From the NCBI GenBank assembly GCA_030770535.1, contig JASVEC010000010.1, positions 124,001-188,000 on the forward strand: a DNA stretch of 64,000 bases, read 5' to 3'. A program made the translations under genes and the position numbers. Positions 22,433 through 32,998 of the stretch are shown piece by piece. The notes beneath the pieces are model-generated. The model ran no database searches and was not told the DNA's origin. It saw nothing but the letters and a program-made list of their open reading frames with translations. Each line of letters starts with the position of its first letter. Position 1 is the first letter of the stretch. This DNA is from Batkoa obscura. Lineage: Eukaryota.

Positions 22433-24400
22433 TATATAAAAACGCAAAATCTATTATGAAAATAGTGACAGTAATATAAATAATAGATTGATTGTAGATA
22501 AAAACCAAAAGAATCCTGTTTTTTTTAATTTGATATTTGTTTAAGCTGATTTTTACATGTTATTTTATTTTGATAGCACTTATCTCAAGAAATTAACGTA
22601 CAACTTTTTAACTATTAAAGTGATTGTAACATATTCAACCTTACATGGGTAGCTCACTACCTCTATATCATGATTACTATGATTGGTGCCAAAAATATCA
22701 TTTAGACTGATATCAATAGGCTTAGCAATAACATCCTTGGAATTTTTGTTTAATTCCATCTATAAGTGCAAATTTTATTATTCCTGCTATCAGAAGAGCT
22801 ACGACTGTTTCTCCTAAATGACCTCCAATCGATTATTAAATCGAGTCCGTGGCTACTATTAATAATGCCTCTATTCATTTATATCATCCATTTGTATCAC
22901 ATGCTTATCTGCAACATATATATTAAAAATGTACCATCGATTTGTTGTCCTGGTTAAATGCTAAGCATTTGAAGCTTATTTATATTTTGAGCTGTAATTC
23001 GACCATTGTTAAATCTGTACTAAGTTCTTTAATTTATTAATTTCATTCAAATTTATACAAAAAGAATTCATCAAATGATCGTTATCGTGAGCGAAACATC
23101 TGTTAGTATGAAATTAAATAGCTATGTTTAACACTTAGGGATTAATGAGTTCGAAATGGATTTTGTAAAGTATATCATTGAGGAAATATCAATCCATAGT
23201 CCAGATTTTACAAGTAAAATAAATATAGCTTACTATTTCTAACAGACGACTTATACGCAGTAGTACTTTTTTACTTTTGCTATTTTTCCTTCTCTCTATT
23301 TAATACTGAAAGTGCTTATTCTATTCTGAAATCAGTAAATGAATACAATTACTAGTGGTCTTACTTATAAAACTTTGCCACTCTTGAAGATACAGAATCT
23401 ACATTGTACACAAATCCACTATTCTCTGACCATGAAGTAATTTTTTTTTTACTTAAATCGATAGTAATAGTATTACTGGAAAAGACAAATTTGAAAACGG
23501 ACTGCTTTACTTTGTCCACTTTTTATAAAACAATTCTAGCTTGAACGGGTTCTAAATTATCCTCTGATTTCAGCCATATTTAGTTATTTGACTTATACTC
23601 ATTTTTTAAGACTAGTTTTCATAATACCATAATCAACATCGCTATAACGATAATAATGGAATTTACCATAGGAGTTACTATTTTGAAGTACTATTTTGAA
23701 AGCATGGTTTGACCTATAACTAATTTTTTTAAATACAAATTTAAGGTCTACACTTTTATATATCAAATTTATGAAAAACATTATCACAAACTAAAAATAA
23801 TAAAAGAAATCTAGCTATAGGCTATTCTGACAAAATCACTAATTAACCAAATGGAAAGTCTTTTTTAGGTAGAGTTTGAGGGTCGATTTAATCCTAATAT
23901 TCTGGATCCCTGTTATAATGGATAGCAGAAAACTCTAATCTGGATTATCTACTATAACAAATTATATTCAAAACCAAGTAATAATATGCTATGAGTTATT
24001 TTAAGATAAAAATGCTTTTAAATACCCTATTAATAGCACTTAAGGAATTTTAGTGATCATATGATCATATTATATTTTATTCCTAATCCATGAATACATC
24101 CTTTACAATTAATTCCGATAATTATTATTCAAATTCTAAGCTTAAAAAATGAAAAAACATTAGCATATATAATACAATAACATACCTATTCAATATGATA
24201 AAACATTACTTGTTTCATTTAATAGCTCTAGACAGATGATGAGATGAAATTTAAAACATTTATAATGCTGTTAGAATTTTATTTTATTTTATTCTGAAAA
24301 TTAAATCTATATACTAATTTTTTTAAAAAGAGGATATATTTGTTATCATACTAATACACATAATTGGAGTTATAAATGCTGTTGATTTAATAAAAAATAT

Positions 24401-24498
24401 GGGGATGTTTTTTTTGATTTTGCTACTTTTTCATTTTTTAAGCGCTATTTGAGTAGAAAGATTGTTAGCAAAATTCTTAAACAAAAAAATACAGCCCC
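24401..24498. mobile_element. MITE
   Basis: ATAT-GGGGATGTT...AATACAGCCCC-ATAT. Confidence 0.9.
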
Positions 24499-24879
24499 AT
24501 ATGTTAAACAGTGGTAGTTGGATATTTTATAAAGTTACAACTGATAAATGAGCCTTTAGAAATTAAATCATTGTATAAGTGTATATGGTCATGTTTTTAA
24601 TTGTTAGTTTATCTATGCTTTGAACTTTGAACTTTGAACTTTGAACTTTGAGCTTAAAAGCAAACAAATTTTTTAAAACATTATTATATATCTTATAGAT
24701 ATTATAATCTAAATTGTATGTTTGAAAATCAAATCTTACATTGTATAATACAAATACTTTGATAACTCAAACGATTATTCTGTTTGCTTTTTGATATTGT
24801 ATGTAAAAACCAAATTAATAAAATAGTAAAAAAATGAACTAATAAATGAAAAAATATTTTAATTAAACATTAGAATGAA

Positions 24880-26925
24880 TTAACAGCTTGTAGGGTCATT
24901 ATCAGGGCAGGCAAATCCGGTTGCATAAATAGTTTGATCTAACTTGGCAATATTAAATATAGCTTGAATAACTCCACCGATACCTTCACCGGCGATTAAA
25001 CCAGAAGCTAAAGCAATACCAATTAATTTCCATTGAGTAGGGTTAACCTTATTCCATGTAAAGGCAATAAGAGCACCGATTAAATTAGCTAATGGAATAT
25101 TGGCATCCTTGTTGACAAAAGCAACTCCAATGGCATTCCAGTTAGGAATATATTGAGCGTATTTCTTGAGTATTGTATTCTTTAAGATAGTTGTAATGAT
25201 AGTTAATAATCCAAATACTAAACATGCTATTCTACATGATGGTGGTACATGTTTACCAATATCATCAGTAAGAGCAACTGCAACACCTTGCCAGGCAGCA
25301 ACAGCAGGTGCAGGGAATTCACATTTAGTTATAGTATCATCAAGGATACAAGGATAAGCAGTAGCAAATACCATAAATAATACAACGCCAACAATGATAC
25401 CAAATACAGTACCAACTAATTGAGCATAAAATTGAGATTTTGGAGAGGCTTTAAGTAAATGACCAGTCTTTAAATCACCAACCATATCAACAGCTTGAGA
25501 AGCACAAGCAGATGAAATATTACCAGCAATTAAATTATGAGTTTGTGCAATTTGAATAGTTGGAGCCGGAATAGCAGCAAACACAAATTGAGAAGCTTTA
25601 CCAATTACACCAGTAGGATTGATATCAGTTTCACCTGAGGACTGACACCCAATAAATGAAAAGACGAATCCTAAAATACCAGCTAAAACGCCAGCACCAA
25701 CACCCATACCAAAGTAGAAATAACAAACTAAAATAGTCATAATAAAACTTAATAATAATCCAACTACCCACATCCATGTAACAATTTGTTCATCTTCTGG
25801 TACTGGATCATCGTTTGAAATACCTTCGAATTCAATACGTTTAAGTGGGGTAATTCTTGCAAGCAAGTTATTTAATTGGATGAAGCCTCCTTTAATACTA
25901 TTCCATAAGGACTTATATTGCATAAGTAATTCGGTGAATGAAGCACAAATCATAATGACAATACCAATCCATAACATCCAAAATTGAACGCGAGTGCCGT
26001 CTTTGCTATTACCAAATGGCTTATCATGCATAACATCTGGAACATCAGAATAAAATAAAGCTGGTCCAATTATACCCCATGCTAATAAATCCCCAAAAAA
26101 GAATGAAATAGCAGTGTTCATTCCTACCATCATACCTGCACCAAAGAAGGCAGTAGTTAATTGTAAACACCACCCCCATGTTACATCGATATCAAATAAT
26201 ACTTGACTATTAGTTGCTGTAGAAATCCAATATAATGGATGTAACCCAACAATGAATGGTACAAAATAAGAGACAGCCTTATATATTGTACTTACTACAA
26301 AAGACCACAAAATCCATTTAGCTTGTACCATGGCATCGGAAGAACCATCAGTATGAAGGGAACGAATTGTTAAAGCAGCAGCAGTACATGAAGGGAAAAC
26401 TAAATTTTGTTGAATAACAAAGTATCTTCTTAATGGAATAGCATAAAACAAACCAAAAAAGGCGGCAGCAAAAGTCCACAAGAAGAACATACCCCAACAT
26501 TCAGATAATGGAGGTAATAAACCTAACCTGAACATAGCAGGAACACCAGCAACAAAGCCAGCGGATAAACCACCGGAAGCAGTTGCAGCTGTTTGTACAG
26601 TACAATTTTCTTTCATACCAAATTTACCACCACCTAAATAGGATGGTAATTTTTCCATTGATTTAATAATGGCAAAACCTAAGATAGCACCAAATAAAGC
26701 ACTACCAAATGTCCATCCGGATTTTAATCCAAGATACTGATTACTTGCTGCAACAATACAGCCTAATAAGGAACCTACAATAACACCACGCCATGTAAAT
26801 TGGGTGTCAATACCATCATCTGGGAAGTTGTGATAATCATCACTTGCTATACTAGGAGCATCTTGTTTTATGCTATACTTTTCGATGTCTTTATCCAAAT
26901 CGAAATCTTTTTCATTAGGACTCAT
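24880..26925 (-). CDS. OPT-family (YSL-like) oligopeptide/metal-chelate transporter
   Basis: 681-aa multi-pass membrane protein with QFTWRGVIVG, NQYLGLKSGW, ENCTVQTAATA, LVFPS, GETDINP, DLKTGHLL and LASGLIAGEG, typical of the YSL/OPT clade. Confidence 0.92.
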   Translation of the reverse strand: MSPNEKDFDLDKDIEKYSIKQDAPSIASDDYHNFPDDGIDTQFTWRGVIVGSLLGCIVAASNQYLGLKSGWTFGSALFGAILGFAIIKSMEKLPSYLGGGKFGMKENCTVQTAATASGGLSAGFVAGVPAMFRLGLLPPLSECWGMFFLWTFAAAFFGLFYAIPLRRYFVIQQNLVFPSCTAAALTIRSLHTDGSSDAMVQAKWILWSFVVSTIYKAVSYFVPFIVGLHPLYWISTATNSQVLFDIDVTWGWCLQLTTAFFGAGMMVGMNTAISFFFGDLLAWGIIGPALFYSDVPDVMHDKPFGNSKDGTRVQFWMLWIGIVIMICASFTELLMQYKSLWNSIKGGFIQLNNLLARITPLKRIEFEGISNDDPVPEDEQIVTWMWVVGLLLSFIMTILVCYFYFGMGVGAGVLAGILGFVFSFIGCQSSGETDINPTGVIGKASQFVFAAIPAPTIQIAQTHNLIAGNISSACASQAVDMVGDLKTGHLLKASPKSQFYAQLVGTVFGIIVGVVLFMVFATAYPCILDDTITKCEFPAPAVAAWQGVAVALTDDIGKHVPPSCRIACLVFGLLTIITTILKNTILKKYAQYIPNWNAIGVAFVNKDANIPLANLIGALIAFTWNKVNPTQWKLIGIALASGLIAGEGIGGVIQAIFNIAKLDQTIYATGFACPDNDPTSC

Positions 26926-28873
26926 AATTATATTTTTTTGTTGAAACTTTTAATTTCATTTTTTTTAAACTTTTGCACTTATATACTTTCGGTTAGATTA
27001 TTTAAATTCCCTTAATTCTATTTTATTTTTCTGTTCCAAATTTAGTAGATTTTTTATTTAATTTCAAAATTTTTCACCTGATCTATTTTATCAATAGTTA
27101 TCCTTCTATTGATTTCGATAAGAGCTAGAAAATAATGGCGTTTAAACGCATATTCGATATAAAACATGAACTACATAAATGAGGAGATATATACTTAATA
27201 GTGGAGACATACTAGGAACTATGACTAAGCGTATAAATCCTATTATATTGTTTTATAAATACCTTAATATTTTATGTTATTTAATTTAAGATCATACAAT
27301 GATCAGTTGAATATTAATAGATTAAGAAATTAGCAATTGGGGACATAAAGCAATTTAACTTAAATAATATCACACTGTTCTTAAATCCAGCTTATTTTAC
27401 TACTCCTTTCTATATAAGTGGTGAATTGATTTTCTTAAAATTCCCAATTTCAAGAAAATCTCATTCTGAGTCAGTATTTAGTAATAAATTAAAGAACTAT
27501 GATGTTATTCTCGATTTATTCTTGTTAGTCAAAATGGTATTACATTAATAATATCATGTTAATATATTATATTATGTATATATCTATTATTTATTATATA
27601 AAAATAAAATAGATTATAATTTATTAATTTAACGTAATTTGGCTATGATGATATTTTTGAATCAAATGATCATATTTAATTAACAATTTTATTAAAGTAG
27701 TATTCACTATTTATAATTTTTTGGTCATGCTCTTAATTTTTTGATATGAGGTTCCACTAACAATTTACCTTAATTCTAAAAGAAGCTTAGTATGTGTTAC
27801 TATCTTCGACGTTTTCAAATTTATCGGTAATAAATCGCAAGTTATATCATTTTGAGATGCAAAAGGATTGAGTGATCCTTAAATAAGTAAGGCGCACCGT
27901 CAAGATAAAGATTCTATAAATGAAAAGTAATTAATTACACTTATAAATAAATAAATAAGGGTTCTCAATAAAGATAATTATTTAAAAAGGTCAAAAATTA
28001 TTTTATAGCATTTGAGAAAATTTATTACTAATAGCTTTTAGTTTTAACAACTATAAGTAGATCAATTTAATTCTTTGTGTACGTATATATTGTGAAAAAG
28101 TTACCTAATAAAGATCATTTTTGGAATAGCTGCATTTCAAAAAATTCTTGAAGGTATAAAGAGTAAGTGATATATTATCTAAATAAAGATTATTAAAGAA
28201 ATTCTGAAAAACAGTCTAAGGAAATATTGAACAAGATATCACAAAGAATTTGACATAGAAGCTTTATCCACATTCATTTATATGTATATCGGCTTTTAAA
28301 AGCCATCAACACGGCAAAAGTACTTCCTTATATGAATAGATCTTCAGCTTATTGTAGTTGAGAGAAGATTAATAAATAATCATTAGTCACATATGAAAAT
28401 GAAATTATGGATATAAACAACTAATATAATTGGTTTGAATTAGAGTATAATATTGGCATGAGTAGGTATGAGAATATCGCTAAGGTTTGCCATGAAACTC
28501 ATCGGTCAATACAAGTTTATATCTAACATAACTACGATGCTAGTTAAGTGCTAACATAAACGTACTTTTGTATATGACTTAGATGAGTTTATAAACCTTG
28601 CACATAGATAAGTAGACAGAATAAGCATTTGAAAGATACTATATATTTTGAATATTTTAAGCATAGGGACACTATTATTATTTCATATAAAAATAGTGTC
28701 TGCTAGAACAATTTTATCTTATATGTAATTTTTTATAATAATACCTGTTATATAGACGAAATAAGTAAATAGTACAAACAATATTTAAAATGATGGGAGA
28801 GCTTTCATTTTTAATAACAAAACAACACAATTCTTTTAAATATAGTTTAATTAATCCAATACAATCAGTATAT

Positions 28874-29190
28874 GGGGATGTATTTTTATGTTTAAGGATT
28901 TACTAATAATTTTTCCGCTTAAATAGTGCTTAAAAAATGGAGAAAACAATGAAGCCAAAAAACATCCAATATATGGGAGTGTTTTTTTTGGCTTCATTAC
29001 TTTTTCCATCTTTTAAGCATCATTTGAGTGGAAAAATTATTAGTAAAATTCTTAAATACAAAAATACATCCCCATATTTTGACAGATACTTATTAAATGG
29101 GAGTGTTTTTTTAGTTTCATCACTTTGTTCAATTTTTAAGCACTATTTAAGTGGAAAAATTGTTAGTAAAATTAACCAAAAGGCATCCTC
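28874..29190. mobile_element. Cluster of three MITEs (28874-28968, 28975-29073, 29099-29190)
   Basis: Three family copies. The second is flanked ATAT/ATAT and the third AAAT/AAAT. Confidence 0.88.
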
Positions 29191-29229
29191 AAATATTTAT
29201 GTAAAAAAAGTTTCAATTTAATAACAAAC

Positions 29230-29323
29230 AATAAATAATAAATAATAAATAATAAATAATAAATAATAAATAATAAATAATAAATAATAAATAATAAATA
29301 ATAAATAATAAATAATAAATAAT
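29230..29323. repeat. 7-bp microsatellite (AATAAAT)n, ~13 units
   Basis: Perfect tandem repeat visible in the sequence. Confidence 0.92.
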
Positions 29324-29952
29324 ACGTAAGTAAAGAAATAAAAAAATCTCTATTAAGCTAAAAGCTAGTTTCAATGACCACACATAACATATCAATATAA
29401 GAATTAATAACAAAAATAATAAAAATAATAAGAATAATATATTAATATAGAAAATAATAATTCAAAATAAAAACTAAATAACAATTTACTTTAAGATTAT
29501 AAAACTATAAAAATGTTTGTCAAAATATTAAGTGAAAGTAAATTTATAATATATGAAATAACTTTTATTTAGTTTTAAACCCTTTAAATTTTGTTAACTA
29601 AGGTTATAGACTATATTATATCGCTTAAAATTTTTACTATTATTACCTTAATATAATAATTGAAAAAATAAACCTTTTAGTTAAATATAAGCACTATTAA
29701 AAAATTGGCTATTATTCAAGGGATGGATATATCTTCTTTAGTTCCAATCATTTGTTCATTTTTCATGTAATGAAATTATTAGATACTTTATTAGTAGAAT
29801 CCTAAACAAGGGCAAATCCAAACATTAGAACATAAAATACGAAAGCTGAAAATTACTGCGCTTCTTGTGAAAAGATATTTACTTTATTATTATATATTTA
29901 AATTTTATAGTACTTTTTAAAGAAAATTTAGTGCTATATACTTACATGCCTC

Positions 29953-30352
29953 TGTGAAATATCGCTTTGTCAGTCCCATGGTTAATTATTTTGATTTGTT
30001 ATGAGAATTTCTAGTTCCACCCAAAAGAATATTATCTTCTCATTTTGATACTTATACTTTTCAGAGTATAAAAGAGTTTACAGAATATAATAGTTCGAGG
30101 CTTTTTAACTGAATTAATCCCTGATATCTCGAACATTTAATAAAGCCACTAAGTTTTCTTAATAGTATTTTACATAGATTTTACATTAGTATTGTCTATT
30201 CTATTTGTCTTATATAGCTTGTAACCTATTACGTGCTATTCCTCATAACCCAAGTCTATCTTAGTCACATAAACTAAGACCTTTTGACTTATAGTGTAGT
30301 CAACCCAGCAATAGCTGTTCTTGACTCCAAACCCTGAGTACCAGATTTCACA
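29953..30352 (+). repeat. 5' LTR
   Basis: TGTGAAAT...ATTTCACA with an 8-bp terminal inverted repeat; internal TATAAAA and AATAAA. Confidence 0.96.
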
Positions 30353-30354
30353 TT

Positions 30355-30372
30355 TGGCGCTCATAACTGGGA
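30355..30372 (+). promoter_or_regulatory. Primer-binding site
   Basis: TGGCGCTCATAACTGGGA, 2 nt after the 5' LTR. It is complementary to a tRNA 3' end ...UCCCAGUUAUGAGCG-CCA; the tRNA is not identified. Confidence 0.8.
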
Positions 30373-30481
30373 AAGCTCTTATAACTATTTTAGATAGCCT
30401 TTATAATCTTTCCTTTACGGTCCTTACCGCGTAACCACCCCAAACAAAGAAAAACCCCCTTAACCTCCTTAATTCTCAACT

Positions 30482-32998
30482 ATGGTCGACAATGGTCTTG
30501 TACCTTATTTTGCGGACTCAAAATACCTTCTTGATAACCGTCAACAGTTGATCATCACTGAATACGACATGGGTAGTAGTGATGAAGAGGAAGCTAGTGT
30601 TCTGACCCCAGAAATAGAAACTGCTGCTTTAAATCAAGCTGCACTACCTCCTCACGTTGTAAACTCAGTCGTTACCTACGGAGCTGTCCCTATGCACGTC
30701 CTTGATGGTGACCTCTCCGCTTGGAGACAATACCAAAATAGTGGCTCCAGTACTCAAATCAATTTTCGTGCCCAGTACCAAACGGTACCTACCCTTTCCC
30801 ACGTTCAACAATATCTAGTAGAGTTCCTGCACAACAAACTCATCCAGATGGTTGGTGAACTCGACCGTCTTTCAATTCATAACAATGAATTGTCTACCTC
30901 TTTAAGCTCACTTTTAGCTACGGTTAACAACCTTTCCATGATCAGTAACCAAAAGAGTGGTGTCATCGCCCCTTCAAATGAACTCCATGTTAGTAAGTTA
31001 AATGAGCTCAATCAAAGACTCAATAACACCGTTACCTATGAAGCCCACAGAGAGTTAGTAAGAGAAGTAGGAGATCTCAAAGCTGAATTACGTCAGCTCG
31101 ATACTGCTCTACATTCTGAACTTGTTAAAATCTCCGATGAGATCAACCTTTCCCTCACTGAGATCAATGACCATACTACTGAAAGAATCTCAGATATTGA
31201 CGGAAAAACAAAAGCCACTTTCGCAGAACTCCACAGATCGCTAATGAATAAATTCAAAGAGTATAATCACCGCTTATCCTGTATTGAACAATCCCCTCCA
31301 TCTACTTCAACCAAAGATGCTAGAATCTTGGCTTTAGAACAAGATTTAGCTGTTTGTAATGAACAAATGGCTCAACAAGTGACTACCATTAGCCAGCTTA
31401 TCACCTCCAATAATAATTTGAAGGAACAAATTAGACTGGACAAAGAACAAACAGTAGTTGACTGGGAGGAAATCTCGCGTAACATACAGAGTACCAGAGA
31501 AGAGCTCATTCTTCTTCAGACTAAGGTAGCTTCAAATACTAACCAAATCAAGGCATCTTCTTGCAATTGTAGAAAGGAGCGTATTGCTGTTTCAGCACCT
31601 CCCTCCAGACTCTCGAGTTACAGAGACGTTCCAAGATACAATATGTATGATCTGGGTGATAGTGCCACAGAATCTATCTTTGGTACTGAATATCAAATAA
31701 ACCATAAGTATCATGGGTTTGTTCACTTGGTACAACCGGATGATCAAACAAAGAAAGAAGAGAACTCTCCCCAAGTTTCCACATACCTACCCCAATCAAA
31801 TCCTAGAATGACTGCTGTACCTACTGATGGTATTTACTCAAGAAATCCTGCTACAGGATCTAACGCTGATCCAATACGACCTCGTGTACAATCTTATGCT
31901 GAAGTCAACCTAGCCAATCCTTTTAACAAAAATAAGTCATCACATATTGCCCCTCAAATCGCTCAACATATACCCTATGAGAAATCTTCACCTCACTACG
32001 TACAAGCCGATCCGATTACTGTTCAACATGATCATGGTATATCACACAATACCCATGACGCTTATTTTAGTCATCCTGGACCTTCTGGTAACGATCCAAA
32101 ATCACATAGCTTCTCAACACACCGCCACAACTACCCAAGAAGCTCCCAACCTGTTAACACAAAGTTTAATTTTAGTCTTTTATTCAATCCAAGTGAAATT
32201 ACTGCTACTACCTTCATTAAAGCTCTAGAAGTTCATCTCGATGCTAACAACTGGACCTATGAATGTCGTCCTCAATGCCTTTTAGGTCAACTACAAACAA
32301 ATGAACTTTCTTGGTGCATGACTTTACCTGACGACTTACGCAGTAATTGGGATTCCTTCAAAAAGGCGTTTATAGACCATTATGATTCCGATGTAAAAAT
32401 GGAAGCAAAAAAGGCAGCCCTCTTATCTTTACGTTTAGACGACGAAAATAAACTTGAGAGTTTCATTACAAACGTAAGAAATCGTGCTAATGCCTTAATT
32501 TCCTGTGGAAAGTTAAGCGTTACAGACCTCCGCCTGGCCTTCCAGCGAAACCTTCCAAGTCATATCGCATGCCTTTTTCTAGATCCTCACCATAACATCA
32601 CCAACGTTACACAGATGATAGAGATTTTAGAATTATACCTTGGAAGTCCAAAAAGTGAAGTTAGACCCAAGAAATTATATGTTAATCACATAGATAAAGG
32701 GATGGACAACAACGAATACCTTCATTGTTTTACCATCACTCAACAACACTACTCCAACCATCGTAAATCTCGAGTATTTACTGGATGCTGGAACTGTGGT
32801 GAATATGGACACATTACCGTTAACTGCACTGAACCAAAGCCAGAAAATGGTATTTTTAAATATTATTTCGAAAAGAATGTTCGCAACAATGAACGTTTCA
32901 ATAAAAATAAACAAATAAATCACCTCAATTATAACGATACTGAAGGCGATGATACTGAGAAGTTTGTCGACTCCGATAACGAGTCAAAAAACTTCTAA
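30482..32998 (+). CDS. gag: Gag (838 aa) with long N-terminal coiled coil, capsid-like region and CCHC zinc knuckle
   Basis: CWNCGEYGHITVNC; WDSFKKAFIDHY capsid-like segment; position directly after the PBS. Confidence 0.9.
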   Translation: MVDNGLVPYFADSKYLLDNRQQLIITEYDMGSSDEEEASVLTPEIETAALNQAALPPHVVNSVVTYGAVPMHVLDGDLSAWRQYQNSGSSTQINFRAQYQTVPTLSHVQQYLVEFLHNKLIQMVGELDRLSIHNNELSTSLSSLLATVNNLSMISNQKSGVIAPSNELHVSKLNELNQRLNNTVTYEAHRELVREVGDLKAELRQLDTALHSELVKISDEINLSLTEINDHTTERISDIDGKTKATFAELHRSLMNKFKEYNHRLSCIEQSPPSTSTKDARILALEQDLAVCNEQMAQQVTTISQLITSNNNLKEQIRLDKEQTVVDWEEISRNIQSTREELILLQTKVASNTNQIKASSCNCRKERIAVSAPPSRLSSYRDVPRYNMYDLGDSATESIFGTEYQINHKYHGFVHLVQPDDQTKKEENSPQVSTYLPQSNPRMTAVPTDGIYSRNPATGSNADPIRPRVQSYAEVNLANPFNKNKSSHIAPQIAQHIPYEKSSPHYVQADPITVQHDHGISHNTHDAYFSHPGPSGNDPKSHSFSTHRHNYPRSSQPVNTKFNFSLLFNPSEITATTFIKALEVHLDANNWTYECRPQCLLGQLQTNELSWCMTLPDDLRSNWDSFKKAFIDHYDSDVKMEAKKAALLSLRLDDENKLESFITNVRNRANALISCGKLSVTDLRLAFQRNLPSHIACLFLDPHHNITNVTQMIEILELYLGSPKSEVRPKKLYVNHIDKGMDNNEYLHCFTITQQHYSNHRKSRVFTGCWNCGEYGHITVNCTEPKPENGIFKYYFEKNVRNNERFNKNKQINHLNYNDTEGDDTEKFVDSDNESKNF

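Noticed and set aside
22640..23800. Coding-like composition with short ORFs (22766-22957, 23599-23787)
   Set aside because: Stops in all frames tried and no family recognised; may be a relic but cannot be supported.
28874..29221. Clustered repeats as a CRISPR array; ORF 28937-29221
   Set aside because: The units are ~100-bp TIR elements with TSDs in mixed orientation. There are no unique spacers or cas genes and the context is eukaryotic. The ORF just reads through the MITEs.
29213..29413. ORF with IIYYLLF repeats
   Set aside because: Translation of the (AATAAAT)n microsatellite.
29700..29952. Possible decayed intron-containing gene disrupted by the Gypsy insertion (GTAAGT donor on the minus strand next to the TSD)
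   Set aside because: No consistent reading frame could be rebuilt across the insertion.
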